Shown here piece after piece: positions 47,921 through 61,959 of a stretch of DNA of 64,000 nucleotides (within the stretch, counting starts at the first letter, position 1; the number at the start of each line of letters is the position of its first letter). Where the stretch lies: positions 136,340,001-136,404,000 of the forward strand of contig NC_086097.1 of NCBI RefSeq assembly GCF_963921235.1, read 5' to 3'. A program made the position numbers and the translations under genes. The stretch comes from Mobula hypostoma. Taxonomy: Eukaryota. The notes under the pieces were generated by a model that did no database searches, had not been told where the DNA came from, and saw only the letters and a list, made by a program, of their open reading frames with translations.

Positions 47921-49974
47921 CAGGTCAATCATGGTCCGAGGTTGGGATTGATCCTGGGTTGCTGGAGCTGTGTCAGTAAGATCTGCCCTTGAGCTACGTG
48001 CTGCAGTGTTGCTGCATTAATGTCAAACTTGCATTGCATTCTGATTGGCGTTGCTTCTTGATACCGCTGGGCATCATGTGTCAGACGCCAGCAATTCAGC
48101 TACAACTTGAGCACAAGCGCCTATCAACTTTGGTGATTGATTTTTGTGCCTCTGTACAATGGCAAGACACAGAGCAGAGTAGAACAGGGAACTTCCAGCA
48201 ATATGTTGATGCACTGTGCCCTCTACTGACTGCAGCCTGCAACTGGCCGGAAACATTCATCTCAGAATGGTCCCACCCAACTCCAAAACTACTGCAGACA
48301 AAATACACTCTAAGTAAACGCTGGGTGAAAACTCCAGAACTCAAGGGAGTGGGTATCTAGAGCAGATCCCATTTTCTGAGACCCGTAACTCCATAATCAA
48401 GTGAAGAACCATCTGCGGTTCGCACTATCACCTTCTCAGACAGTGACGTCCGTACAATGAGGAATGGTCTTCATAGCCACTGCAACACCCTGAACACAAT
48501 GCCCAAGGGCTGTCTGTTATTTTAGCTGCAGGGTCACTGCATTGAAGGTGAATACGTTAAACTGTTGGTTTGAAATAGTTCTGAAGGTTTTGCTGCAAAT
48601 ATATCAAATACATGCCTGCTATTTCATTAACAGTGATGTGGACATGATCCATTGTAATTGATCTTACTGGGTAAGACTAGTTTTCAATCTTGCCAAAACT
48701 GGATGGGAACCACATTTCTTTTGTCTCTCCTCAACAAACACATACTCTGTTCCAGCAGGATAATATCCAGGAACAATTATCCTGGTCCACAACTGTGCTT
48801 GCAATGTTATTATTTTATTAATTTTTCTGGCGAGGTATTGTTCCGGGCACCTGTGTCAAGTCCAGCATTTTGTTCCCCATCTTTAACTACCCTGGAGGTG
48901 ATGGGGATGAGTCCGTCTTCTTCAACCACTGCAATCCTTCATATTGGAGAGGCTCCCACATTGCCTTTGGGGAGAGAGATCCAAGATTTCCATTGAGTGA
49001 TGATGAAGAAACAGCGATATATGTCCACTTCAGGGTGCTATATGATATAGGAATCTGCAGAGGTTGGGGTTCTCCTGTGCCCACCACATTTGTCCTTCCT
49101 AATGGTTCGAGTCACAGGTTTGGGAGGTACTGTCAGAGACGTCTGGGCAATTTCTAAACTGTGCACACTACAGTCCCAGTGTTCCTGTTGTAGACACATT
49201 GAATGTTTAGGCTAGAAGTGGGATGCCAGTCGAAGGGATAGTACTGAGCTTCTTCAGTGCTGTTAGGTCTGCACTCACATAACCAAAGAGAGATAAAGGG
49301 GTAGGTATGACTTTGTCCTCCTGAACTTCTGCGCTGGCTTAGATTAGCTGAAGGAGATGGACAGGAGAGATTCTTGGGCACTTCAAAAGTTAAGGATGAG
49401 AGACCCACATAGAGAGGACAGCACAAAATGCATCAAAACATGAAAAGCAGAGACAAGAGAGCTCAGGAGCCGTGTGTTAGGCCATTGGATGTCAAGGACG
49501 GTAAACACACAGTGATGGAGGGCTCTGGTTGTTCTCATCAGAGGACTGGAAAACAATGGCTGGAGCTTATGCGTCAACAACACAAAGTCCACTCACAGTT
49601 TGGTATGGCAACTGCTCTGCCCAACGCCACAAGAAATCGCAAAGTTGTGAACACAACCTAGTCCTCATGCAAACCAGCCTCACCTCCCTCCTGACTCCAT
49701 CTACTTTTCCTGCTGCCTTGGTAAAGCAGTCAATATAGTCAAGGAGCCCTTGCACCCCAGCCATTCTCTGTTCTCTCTCTTCCCAATGGGAGGAAGACAC
49801 AAAAGCATGAGAACACACTCTACCAGGCTCATGGACAGCTTCTATCCCATTGTTATTAGACTCTTGAATGAGCCTCTTATACGCCAAAGATGAATTCATG
49901 ATCTTCTAATCTAGTTCGTCATGACTCTTGCACACTACTCCACTGCAATTTCTCTGTTACTCTAACACTATACT

Positions 49975-51720
49975 AGATCAGAAAATCTTGCCTGAGGAAC
50001 TTGTTGGAATGCCTTGAGGAGATTACAAGTAGGATAGATAAAGGGGATGCAGTAGATGTTGTATATTTGGATTTTCAGAAGGATTTTGACAAGGTGCCAT
50101 GCATGAAGCTGCTTACCAAGTTAAGAGCCCATGATATTACAGGAAAGATTCTAGCATGGTTAGAGCATTGGTTGATGGGTAGGAGGTAGTGAATGGGAAT
50201 AAGAGGATCTTTTACTGGTTGGATGCCAGTGACTAGTGGTGTTCTGCAGGGGTCAATGCTGGGACAGCTTCTTTTTATGCGGTATATCAATGATTTAGAT
50301 GACGGAATAGATGGCTTTATTCCCAAGTTTGCAGATGATACGAAGACTGGTGGAGAGGCAGGCAGTGTTGACGAAACAGGAAGGCTGCAGAAGGACTTAG
50401 ACAGATTAGGAGAATGGGCAAGAAAGTGGCAAATGAAATACAATGTTATAAAATGTATGGTCATGCACCTTGGTGGAAGAAATAAAAGTGCGGACTATTT
50501 TCTAAATGGGGAGGAAATCCAAAAATCTAAGATGCAAAGGGACTTGGGAGTCCTTGTGCCGAACACCCTAAAGTAGCAAGCTGGCTGCTGGCTGTGTGCC
50601 CAGAGACCCGAGTTCTTTGAGACAGATCTCAGAAAAAGTGACGCAACAGACTTTTAACACCATAAATCAGCGAGTTATTTGTTATGTCTCCCCTCTCGCT
50701 GTGAAATGGGGAGATCTCTTTTTCCCTTATTAGGGAGAGAGAGCCTGTGGCATGTTGAATACCGGGTGAATGAGTAGTCTTTGGGGTACTGTAAGTCTGT
50801 GTTTTTATTGATGCACGCTTGAGTGCTTGGTGGGGGGTGCTGTTACGTTTTGCTGGTGGGGAGGGGTCATTGTTTTGCTGTTGCTAATGCAGGGAAGGAG
50901 GGAACTGGGGAGACTTTTGGGGTTCTAACATTTAACTGTCATTCATTCTTTGGGGCACCCCGTGTTTTTGTGTATGTTTGCGAAGAATTTCAGGATGTAT
51001 ATTGTACACATTTCTCTGACATTAAATGTACCTATTGAAACCTAAAGGTTAACTTAGGTTGAGTCGGTGGTAAGGAAGGCAAATGCATTCATTTCAGATG
51101 GTCTAGAATATAAGAGCAGGGATATGATGCTGAGGCTTTATAAGGCACTAGTGAGGCCTCACCTTGAGTATTGTGAACAGATTTGGGCTCCTTATCTAAG
51201 AAAAGATGTGCTGGCATTGGAGAGGGTTTAGAGGAGGTTCACAAGGATGATTCTGGGAATGAAAAGGTTATCATATGAGGAATGTTTGATGGCTCTGGGT
51301 CTGTACTCACTGGAATTTAGAAGGATGAAGGGGAATCTCATTGAAACCTTTTAAATGTTGAAAGGCCTAGACAGTGTAGTTGTGGAGAGAATATTTCCCA
51401 TGATGGAGGAGTCTAGGACAAGAGGGCACATCCTCAGGATAGAGGGGCACCCATTTAAAACAAAGATGTGGAGAAATTTCTTTAGCCAGAGAGTGGTGAA
51501 TTTGTAGAATTTGTTATCACAGGCAGCTGTGAAGGCCAGGTTGTTGGGCATATTTATGGCAGAGATTGATAGGTTCTTGATTGGCCATGGCATCAAAGGT
51601 TATAGGGAGAGGGCTGGGGAGTGAGGCTGAGGAGGGGAAAATAAGATCAGTCAAGATTGAATGGCGGAGCAGACTCGATGGACCAAATGGCCTAATTCTG
51701 CTCCTATGTCTTATGGTCTA
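49975..51720 (+). mobile_element. Degenerate CR1 RT region plus 3'UTR, split by an insertion
   Basis: VDVVYLDFQKDFDKVP, GVLQGSMLG, KFADDTK. Tail ctgctcctatgtcttatggtct. Confidence 0.92.
50574..51040 (+). mobile_element. 5'-truncated non-coding retroposed element with 7-bp TSD
   Basis: TSD cctaaag at 50567-50573 and 51041-51047. T-rich 3' part and tail attaaatgtacctattgaaa. Confidence 0.8.
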
Positions 51721-51989
51721 TATTCTGCATTCTGTTTTCTTTTTACTGCCTCAGCATATGGAATCATATGTCTGAATGACACACAGAGCATTTTCCACTG
51801 TATCTTGGTACATGACAATAATAATAATAAATCTCACCTGAGGTTGGGAGAGACAGGTAAATGAAGGTAAATCTAACCTCCCCTCCACACCCCCAGCCAC
51901 CATTAATTTATTATTTCCTCAGGCACTCCTGTGGCTAGCGTCACTTCATCGACACACAATCAATCTATGCATACAGGTCATCTTATGTA

Positions 51990-53633
51990 CAGGTTTCCCC
52001 CCACCATCCGAAGGTAGAGCATTTTTATGAAACGGTTCGTAAGCCAAAATGTTGTAAAGTGAAGAAGCAATTACCATTTATTTATATGGGAAAAAATTGT
52101 GAGCATTCGCAGACCCAAAAATAACCTACCAAATCATGCCAAATAACACATAAAACCTAAAATAACAGTAACGTATAGTAAAAGCAGGAATGATATGATA
52201 AATACACAGCCTATATAAAGTAGAAATACTTTTCCACAATCATTGCTGCACTGTTCTCCGTAGTGAAAATCTCACGCAAGCGCCGTCGACAGAAAATCTC
52301 ACGCAAGCGCTGTTGGCAAAAACACGGCGCAAGCGCTGTCCAGAAACCTTTAAGCTATGAAGCTGCCAAATCATACCAAATAACACGTAAAAATACACAG
52401 CCTATATAAAGTAGAAATGATGTATGTACAGTGTAGTTTCACTTACCGGAATTGGGACAGAGCCGAGCACACTGATGGTGGTGTATTAGACTGAGTCGTC
52501 GCAGGCTGGAGTGGTGCAGTGGCCCCCATCCTCCGGGCCACCAACTGATACTGGTCCGCGAAGCATGCAGGGGTGCAGCGGTAGCCGGGAGGCACACAGC
52601 ACATCTTTAAGAAAAAAGCTGAAACAAACATGCTAATTAATTAGGTGCCGCCCGGCATGTAATTGTCGGCCCAGATCAGTGCCGATTTCCAATTGCGCCG
52701 TCTCTGATCTCGGCCAACAATTAGGTGTCAGGCGGCACCTAATTAATTAGCATGTTTATTTCGGCTTTTTTCTTAAAGATGTGTTGTGTGCCTCCCAGCT
52801 ACCGCTGCATTCTCCACGAATCAGTATCTGTCCGTGGCGTGTGGGTTGGGGTGGTGGGACACTGGGGTATCATCTGTTTCCATTAGGGCAGGCATGTCAT
52901 CTTCTATCTCTGCCCGCCTCGATGTCAAAAGTTGAGGTTCGTTGTCTGCTGTGGCTGATGTGGAAAGCTTGCTTGACTGCTGAGCCTCGCACATTTTTCA
53001 ATCACACAGTTCTTTGTAAGGACTCAAACCATCTTGCAAATATCCCCTAAACCTACGTACCCCTTCAAAATTAAAGTCGTACTTTATCATTGCAGCGAAA
53101 GTCTCACGCAGTTGCTTCATGTTCAGTTCACTACTGCATTCAGTTTCGATTTTTATCCTTTTTTCTTCCAATTGCATCAGCTCTTCATCTATCATATCTT
53201 GGTCATGGGATGCCAAAACCTCTTCAACAGCATCTTCGTCATTTTCCACAAGCCAAACTCACTTTGTCCTTACTTCGTTCACCATGATTGAAACGCTTAA
53301 TTATGTCTAGTTTTACGCTAAGCGTAACACCTTTACGAGCTCTTTTATGCTTTTCCGATACCATAGAACTCATCTTGCTAATGGCTGCTCACAGGCACGT
53401 GTTTAAGCAATGACGGCGAGAATGCTGTCCCGAATCTGGGGGAGAGCGGCTGCTCGGGGTGCACGCTGCCTTTTATCGCGCGCTGACTTTTCGCGCGCTG
53501 ATTTTTTATTGTGCGCTGCTTTTTTTTTGTTGCAGTGAAAACACCTTCTGAAAGCAAAAACAGGGTACTAATGTAGGTCTTTCGTAACAGTGAGGTTTCA
53601 TAAAGCAAACGTTCGAAAAGTGGGGGACACCTG
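51990..53633 (-). mobile_element. Tigger/pogo-like non-autonomous DNA transposon, copy 2
   Basis: Reverse complement of 24532-26149 throughout. TA TSD, same internal deletion and same fold-back. Confidence 0.92.
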
Positions 53634-53839
53634 TATTTATATTTATTGTGTTTTTTTAAATTATTGTGTTCTTTATCTCGTTGCTTTTTTATTCCTCTCC
53701 ACAGAGGCTGCCTGACCTGCTGAGTTCCTCGGGCATTTTGTGCATTACTCCGGATTTCCAGCAACTATGGAATATCCTGCATTTATGAATTGGCGAGCCC
53801 TAGTTTAGTAGGGAGGCTGGGATTATAATGATAGAGGAT

Positions 53840-54600
53840 AAGCATGGAAACAGGCTCTTCAGCCATCCCTTCTGTAGTGTCCCTCTAAACTAGTCCCATT
53901 TGTCCACATTTGGCCCATAACCCTCCAAACCTTTCCTATCCCTGTACTTATTCAAATGTCTTTTAAATGCTATTATTGTGCTGACTTCAACTGATTCCTT
54001 TGGCTACTCATTCTATGCACACATCACCCTTTTCATTAAGAAGTTACCTCTGAGAGCCCCTTAAATTTTTTCACCTCTCACTTTAAATATCCTTTCCTGG
54101 GGGGGAGAAAGGTTATGTGCATTCACCCTCATGATTTTATACACCACTATAAGGTCACCCCTCAATCTCCTGTGTTGCAAAGAATAAAATCCTGGCCAGC
54201 CCAGCCTCTCCCTGGACCTCAAACACTCAGGTTTTGGCAGTATGCTGTAAGGCTGCTCTGCAACCCTTGCCAGTTGAACAACATCTTTCTTAGGGCATTC
54301 AAAACTGTACACAATACTCCAAGTATCTCCTCACCAATGTCCTTTGCAACTGCAAAACACCACCACAAGTCCTATACTCAAGTGCCCTGACTGATGAAGG
54401 CCAGCGTGTCGTTGACCTGTGACAGTGTTTACAGAGAACTATGCTCTCGTACTCCTAGGTCCCCATGATCTCCAGCACTCACTACGGCCTCACCATTCAT
54501 GTGTCATTCTTACCCTGGTTTAACTTCCCAAAATGGAGCACTTTACACTTCTCCAAATTGAAAGCCATTTGCCAATCTTTAGCCAATTTCCCAAGCAGAG
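53840..54600 (-). mobile_element. Old CR1 3' fragment
   Basis: Minus ORF with FYSLQHRRLRGDLIVVYKIM. CR1 tail near 53845. Confidence 0.75.
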
Positions 54601-54857
54601 GTTATCCTAGTTGTCCTGCCTCTCAGTGTAATAGACTGCCCTGTTCCGATGTACCCGTGGTTATGTGTTTCCTTATTCCCTCATTCCTTTCGATTATACC
54701 ACAGCCTGGGGCTAGTAACCATACAGCATTTCTACTTGGTGACAGCAAGAGGGAGGCTTACATTTTTGTAGTACCTTCCACATACCTTTCTGTACACCAC
54801 AAAATGCTCTACAGCCATTTAAATAATTCTCACTGTTCAAAGGTTCATCTGTATACT

Positions 54858-55720
54858 GTTCAAAGTATACAAATCTGAAATTCTTCTCCAGATAGCCACG
54901 AAATCAAGAAAGAAATGAACGGCAACACAATCATCAACCCCAAAATCCCTCCTCCCTGCACGAAGAACGAACTAAGATGGACCAGGCACGATGACCCCCA
55001 ACCCCCACTCCCCCCCACACAAAAAAAACAAGAAAGATCTGCAAAAAACATAGAATATAAAAAACTGTATGACTGAAGAAAAGTCCATAGTCCATATCGA
55101 AAACGTAGAAAACCTGGGTAATGTACTCTGGGCACAACAGTAGGCATTTCCCTCTCTGTAGCAGAGTGATCTCACAGCGATCAAAAGGCATTCTCCAATC
55201 TCCATTGCTGAGTGATCTCACAGTGATCAAAAGGCATTCTCCAATCTCCATTGCTGAGTGATCTCACAGTGATCACAAGCCATTCTCCACTTTCTGTAGC
55301 AGAGTGCTCTCACAGTGATCAAAAGGCATTCTCCAATCTCCATAGCAGAGTGATCTCACAGTGATGTCATCAGGCAGCTGGCACACACCTTCTGCATTTG
55401 CCTCGATGTTTCAATTTCCCTTGTCACTTTAATCAATGAAGTGGAATCGAACACTGGCAAGCGCCCTGTCATGCAGCCTTCTTGCCACGAGATTGATGCA
55501 TGCTGCCTTTGCCTCCCGGAATCCTCTTGGAGACTTCAGAGCGTTGAAACACCCATGTGATCTCCAAATTGCAAATCACAGGCTCCAACACCTCCAGAAT
55601 CACATTCTAGATGAAAAGCAAATGTAAAAGACATAAAAGAAGTGAAATATATGGTTTCATGATCTATCCAGAAGATCTCGACCGAAGGAGCGCTGTACGC
55701 AGGTGCCATCTTGACCAGAG
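54858..55720 (-). mobile_element. Non-coding retroposed element (family A-like) with internal minisatellite
   Basis: The minus strand starts ggtcaagatggcacc and ends with a T-rich region, gtggctatctggagaagaatttcag, and tactttgaa. Confidence 0.65.
55142..55365. repeat. Minisatellite, 5 copies of a 44-46 bp unit
   Basis: Unit aggcattctccaatctccattgctgagtgatctcacagtgatcaaa, starting at 55142, 55186, 55232, 55278 and 55324. Confidence 0.93.
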
Positions 55721-56084
55721 GTTGTAGCTACCGTTGCAAGAAATTTTGTAGCCAATAACACAACCAGCTCCTGATGGTAACAATGTGTAAACGTGTGGAT
55801 GATGTGGTCTCAGTGATGTTAGTTAAGGGAGTCAGGGCAGTGGTGAGGACAAGTATTCTGTGTTGAAAAATATCATTCACATTCACTGGAGAGGACATGC
55901 AGGGCTTTATTTAACATCACACATGACCGGCGACGCAGAAGCACTCCCTCTGCACTAAAGCCAAGACACGCTCACAACCTGAAATGAGGCTTGTAGTGAC
56001 AGCATCTGTCGCCTGAACTGCAGCTGCTAATCTGTGCGGATTGGTATTTACTGTATATCTCCTCACCGTTGACAATCGCTTCAG

Positions 56085-57043
56085 GGGTGTGTGCTTAGCC
56101 CACTGCTCTACCCTTGCTACATCCATGACTGTGTGGCTAGCTATAGCTCAAATACCATCTATAAATTTGTTGATGATACCACCATTGTTGGTAGAATCTC
56201 AGATGGAGATGAGAGGGTGTACAGGAGCGAGATGTACCAGCTAGATGAGCGGTGTCGCAGCAAGAACTTTACACTCAATGTCCGTAAGACCAAAGAGTTG
56301 TTTGTGGATTTCAGGAAGAGTAAGATGAGGGAACACGAGCCAATCCTCATAGAGGGATCAGAAGTGGAGGGAGTGAGCAGTTTCAAGTTCGTGGGTGTCA
56401 AGATCTGTGAGGATCTAGCCTGGTCCCAACATATCGATGCAACTATAAAGGGAAGACAGCAGCTACATTTTATTAAGAGTTTGAGGGGATTTGGTTTGTC
56501 ACCTAAAACACTCAAAAACGTCTACAAATGTACCGTGAAGAGCATCATGACAGGCTATATCACTCTCGTATGGAGGTAGTGGGCTTCTCTACAGGATCGA
56601 AAGAAGCTACAGAAAGTGTAAAATTAGTCAGCTCAATCTTGAGTGCTCGCCTCCGAACTATCCAAGACATCTTCAAGGAGCGGTGCCTCAGAAAGGCAGT
56701 GTCCATTAATAAAGACCCCCATCGCCCATGATGCTCTTTTCTCACTGTTACCATCCGATAGGAGGTACAGAAGCCTGAAGGCACACACTCAGCGATTCAA
56801 GAACAGCTTCTTCCTGTCTGCCATCTGATTCCTAAATAGACATTGAACCTGTGAACACTACCTCACTTTTTTTAATATTGTTTCTGTTTTTGAACTATTT
56901 TTAACTTACCGAATTTAATACACATATATTTAGATGTTTAAATTTTTTTTCTATAATCATGTATTGCATTGTACTGCTGACACTGTTAACAAAATTCATG
57001 ATATATACCAGTGATATTAAACCTGATTTTGATTCTGATTCTG
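56085..57043 (+). mobile_element. Rex1/Babar LINE 3' half
   Basis: LSPLLYPCYIHDC..KFVDDTTIVG. Same subfamily as 30900-32160. Tail aaacctgattttgattctgattct. Confidence 0.92.
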
Positions 57044-57045
57044 TG

Positions 57046-58680
57046 AAACATAGAAACATAGAAAATAGGTGCAGGAGTAGGCCATTCGGCCCTTCGAGCC
57101 TGCACCGCCATTTATTATGATCATGGCTGATCATCCAACTCAGAACCCCGCCCCAGCCTTCCCTCCATACCCCCTGATCCCCGTAGCCACAAGGGCCATA
57201 TCTAACTCCCTCTTAAATATAGCCAATGAACTGGCCTCAACTGTTTCCTGTGGCAGAGAATTCCACAGATTAACCACTCTCTGTGTGAAGAAGTTTTTCC
57301 TAATCTCGGTCCTAAAAGGCTTCCCCTTTATCCTCAAACTGTGACCCCTTGTTCTGGACTTCCCCAACATCGGGAACAATCTTCCTGCATCTAGCCTGTC
57401 CAATCCCTTTAGGATTTTATACGTTTCAATCAGATCCCCCCCTCAATCTTCTAAATTCCAACGAGTACAAGCCCAGTTCATCCAGTCTTTCTTCATATGA
57501 AAGTCCTGCCATCCCAGGAATCAATCTGGTGAACCTTCTTTGTACTCCCTCTATGGCAAGGATGTCTTTCCTCAGATTAGGGGACCAATAACTGCACACA
57601 ATACTCCAGGTGTGGTCTCACCAAGGTCTTGTACAACTGCAGTAGTACCTCCCTGCTCCTGTACTCGAATCCTCTTGCTATAAATGCCAGAATACCATTC
57701 ACCTTTTTCACCGCCTGCTGTACCTGCATGCCCACTTTCAATGACTGGTGTATAATGACACCCAGGTCTCGTTGCACCTCCCCTTTTCCTAATCGGCCAC
57801 CATTCAGATAATAATCTGTTTTCCTATTTTTGCCACCAAAGTGGATAACTTCACATTTATCCACATTAAATTGCATCTGCCATGAATTTGCCCACTCACC
57901 CACCCTATCCAAGTCACTCTGCATCCTCTTAGCATCTTCCTCACAGCTAACACTGCCACCCAGCTTCGTGTCATCCGCAAACTTGGAGATCCTGCATTTA
58001 ATTCCCTCATCCAAGTCATTAATATATATTGTAAACAACTGGGGTCCCAGCACTGAGCCTTGCGGTACCCCACTAGTCACCGCCTGCCATTCTGAAAAGG
58101 TCCCATTTATTCCCACTCTTTGCTTCCTGTCTGCTAACCAATTCTCCATCCACATCAATACCTTACCCCCAATACCATGTGCTTTAAGTTTGCACACTAA
58201 TCTCCTGTGTGGGACCTTGTCAAAAGCCTTTTGAAAATCCAAATATACCACATCCACTGGTTCTCCCCTATCCACTCTACTGGTTACATCCTCAAAAAAT
58301 TCTATGAGATTCGTCAGACATGATTTTCCTTTCACAAATCCATGCTGACTTTGTCCGATCATTTCACCGCTTTCCAAATGTGCTGTTATCACATCTTTGA
58401 TAACTGACTCCAGCAGTTTCCCCACCACCAACGTTAGGCTAACCGGTCTATAATTCCCCGGTTTCTCTCTCCCTCCTTTTTTAAAAAGTGAGGTTACATT
58501 AGCCACCCTCCAATCCTCAGGAACTAGTCCAGAATCTAACGAGTTTTGAAAAATTATCACTAATGCATCCACTATTTCTTGGGCTACTTCCTTAAGCACT
58601 CTAGGATGCAGACCATCTGGCCCTGGGGATTTATCTGCCTTCAATCCCTTCAATTTACCTAACACCACTTCCCTACTAAC
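57046..58680 (-). mobile_element. Young 5'-truncated CR1 LINE, same subfamily as 6856-8913
   Basis: ORF 57577-58668 is near-identical to 7304-8824 (I count 11 aa differences in about 359). Two +1 frameshifts, at about 57589 and in the C-run at about 57436-57442. Confidence 0.96.
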
Positions 58681-59284
58681 AAGTGAAGGGCAGTGACAGA
58701 ATATTGCTGGGACTTAGTACGTCAGGATGTCCGAGCCCCAACCAAGGCTCAGTTTAACTTGAGAGGTGCTGCAGCAGAAAACTATGATAGCATCGCAGAG
58801 TGACTCTGAGCTCCTGTAAGTAATATCCTTGATAAGAGGATAAAATATTGAACGCATTGTTCACTGAACAGGAGCAGGCCGCACCAGAGGTGGGGTTTAT
58901 ACCCGGTTCCTTCCTTCCTTAGCTTATAAAAAGCAGGATTCTCATTGGTATCTCTAATGTTATTTTACCAAGTGCAGCAAAAGCTTTTCTGTAGTCTCAA
59001 CTAGTCTCTAGGCCAATTATTAGAAGTAAGGAGCGATCCCTGTAGATTATTCCAAAGAAGAAACCTTGCAAGCCTTTGCTTTCCCTACCAAGGCCCTCTT
59101 GTGGATCCACCACCCCTGCTCTTAATTAAAGGAAAGACTGACATTACCACTCCCTCCATCTGGCTAGATTCATCCTGATGGTGTCTTCCAAAAGAAGGCA
59201 CACACCCCACCAACAATTTCAAAGCAAATGCTTCCATACAAGTTTGACTCAGTGACCCATTTTATTAGTACCTCCTGTTTGTGA

Positions 59285-60405
59285 ACTTCCGCTGCTCTAA
59301 CCATCCACTTCAAACTTCGACACGTTGAGCATTCAGAGATGGTCTTCTGCGCACAACTGTTGTGTGGCTATTCAAAGATTCAAGCACATTTATTATCAAA
59401 GAGTGCATAAATTATACACCTTGCAATTTGTCTGCTTACAGGCAGCCACAAAGCAAGAAACCCAAATAACCAAATTTTAAAAAGGCCAAAAATCACTTTG
59501 CAGAGAAAGAAGGAGAAAAAACCACAAATCATGCAAACAATAGAAGCAAGCCAACAGCTTTTCTGAACCAGAATGAGTCCCAGATCCACTCCCAGAGCAG
59601 CCAGAGAATGCCCAAGCCTCAGTGCTCGATCATCACACCAGCAGGGCGAAACGCACAGCAGTCAGATCAGTTCACAGACTCGGTGCCTCAGAGAAAGGAA
59701 TGAACATTTGTGGGAGAGTGAGCAAAATCAGACAGACCATCGTGGCCATTCCTGGTACTCAGGCCTCCAGACTATCTGTGCCGGTGTTTAAATCGTCCAA
59801 GCACAGGTAGTGCCTCGTTCTAGGACCTGGACCCCGGCGCCATGATACCCTTGGGCTGCCCAGTCCAAAGTCGCTCACGATCTCACCAGAGCGGCTCAGA
59901 ACTTGGAGCAATCCAACATTGCACCTGGCTTAGGGGAATGGGTATCGAAACTCTTCCACATCGACTCTTCTCCACAATGCTCACTCAGTCTCCATCCCCA
60001 GCTCGAACACATTGCCCCTCGCAATGCCCCATCATGCTCATCCCCGGAACCAGCCTTGCCTCTGCCTACCTCCTCACTGTTTGCGGTGATAGTTTACCAC
60101 AATTTGCAGTTATTTGAGATACTGTCTCCTTCCTGTCAGCTTGAAGCAGTCTAAACAATTTCCTCTGACCGCTCTCATATCAGCAAGGAATTCTTGCCCA
60201 TTGAACGGCTGCTCATTGGACATGGTTTGCCTTTTTGCACCATTCTGTGTAAACTCCATCTCATCTGGCACCAACAATCACTCTACAGCCAAAGTCACTT
60301 GTTCCCATTCTGATGTCTGAGCAACGAGTGAACCCCTTGACCATGTCTGCATGCTTTTATGCACTGAGTTGCTGCCACATAATTAGCTATTTGCATTAAT
60401 GAGCA
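59285..60405 (-). mobile_element. Tc1-like fragment (59285-59372 plus 60109-60405) split by a family A element
   Basis: Collinear with 301-710, e.g. cttcctgtcagcttgaagcagtct..cctctgacc and tgagttgctgcc..gcattaatgag. Confidence 0.7.
59373..60108 (-). mobile_element. Family A non-coding retroposed element, 5'-truncated
   Basis: The reverse complement matches 26400-27189 at both ends. Flanked by gctatt/gttatt, a probable TSD. Confidence 0.78.
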
Positions 60406-61959
60406 GAAACAGAAGCTGGAAGAGATATTTGCTTCTGCCTCTGAGTGAGATCATGGCAGGTCTTCTACCTCAGTGAGCTTTTCTAGGATCAATCCACATC
60501 CCCTGATTCCCTGAACATCTTAAAACCTATCCATCTCTGCCCGAGTGCCTCAATGACTGAGCCCCCGCCCCCCAGCACTGCTGACTAGAAAGGTGCAAAG
60601 ATTTACCAAAATTCTCCTTGCTGTCCTGAAAGTACAGCTCTTACTTTGGGATGGTGACACTGGTTGCACACCCCACAGCCCCCACATCCACCATGCCCTG
60701 CACCAAAAGAATTTTGCCTGTTTTACCTCTTATTAATCTAAAATCCAGAGTGGAACGCTCAATGGATGGAAGCCATATCCCAGAACTCGAAGTGATGAAC
60801 TTTCCTCCAGTCCCTTTTCTACACATGGTCTGACCACGGGTCTACACAGTTGCAGTAAGTTTCTGGTACTTGTCTACTCAAATTCTCATGCACTGCTTAT
60901 TACAGTACCTGCACCTAGCTTGTCCAAGGGAATTCCGGCCACTCTGAACCCCAGCACATTTCAATCACTGATCATTGAAAGAAACAAAGAAATATTTAAA
61001 ACAAAGATGAGACAAAATTATGTTTCCTTCAGTGGATCAGGAAAATTTTCTGCAAAGGGCAATGAAAGCACAGTCTTGTGGATGTTTTTTTTGAAAGAGT
61101 TAGATAAATACTTGATAGAAACTTAAATGGGAGGGATGAGTTGAAAGGTTACCAGGATAGTTGGGAATTTAGAGGGAGGATCATAGTCAATGATCTTACT
61201 GAATGGTGGAGTTGGTACATGGGGCCAAATGGCTAACTGCTGCTTTTAATTTATATGTTTTTAAATAATTTCCACCCCTCTTTTACAATGTCTTTGTAGA
61301 AAGGTGTCCCTTGTGACACCACTTCACTAGGGATTGAGAAGAAAGTGCTGAGAGAGAGAAAGTCATGGGAGGTGCTGCTCCTCATTAAAGAGCCAGAAAA
61401 TGTTTCACTTCAGTGCCAGCCCCTTGTACTTGACTGGGATTCGTGGTTGCACACATCACAAAACATCAAGGGCTTTGCTTCAACCTCATTGTATACGTTT
61501 CCCACACATAAAAAAGACAAAATATCTATACATAAAAGCAGCCAACTCCTTCTTCTTCTTCCCAACTGAGCATCTGTCTTCCACCCAGGAATCCCAAAGG
61601 ATAATCTGTCTTGCATATGGGCCCAGGGAGGATCATTCATTCTGAATTAAATAAACCCTGAATGGTGTTGAGTAAGTATAAAGTATTAGCATAATGTTAA
61701 CATCTGTCTGCAAATCCAGTGCACAGATTCATGGTATACTTAGTGGTAATACAATGAGAGAAGTTCATCTGGCAGGACAACAGTTTGTAATCAGCAAACT
61801 CCCTTTGTAATGGACAAAGCAGGCAGCTCATTTGCTGTGTCCTGTGACTCACTGGACCAGGCTGCCCAGGTTCTATCACCTTGCGATTAGAATACAGAGT
61901 GGAACAGCACAAGAACAGGCCATTTGGCAGAAGCTAATGATGATTAATTCAACTAATCT

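Noticed and set aside
55142..55365. CRISPR-like array
   Set aside because: The units are contiguous with no unique spacers, there are no cas genes, and the context is eukaryotic. It is a minisatellite.
58700..58821. Coding exon ending at cct|gtaagt
   Set aside because: All three frames contain stops shortly upstream and there is no convincing acceptor.
61600..61677. Exon between a pyrimidine-rich acceptor and ga|gtaagt
   Set aside because: Stops in all three frames. At most a non-coding exon, which cannot be supported from sequence alone.
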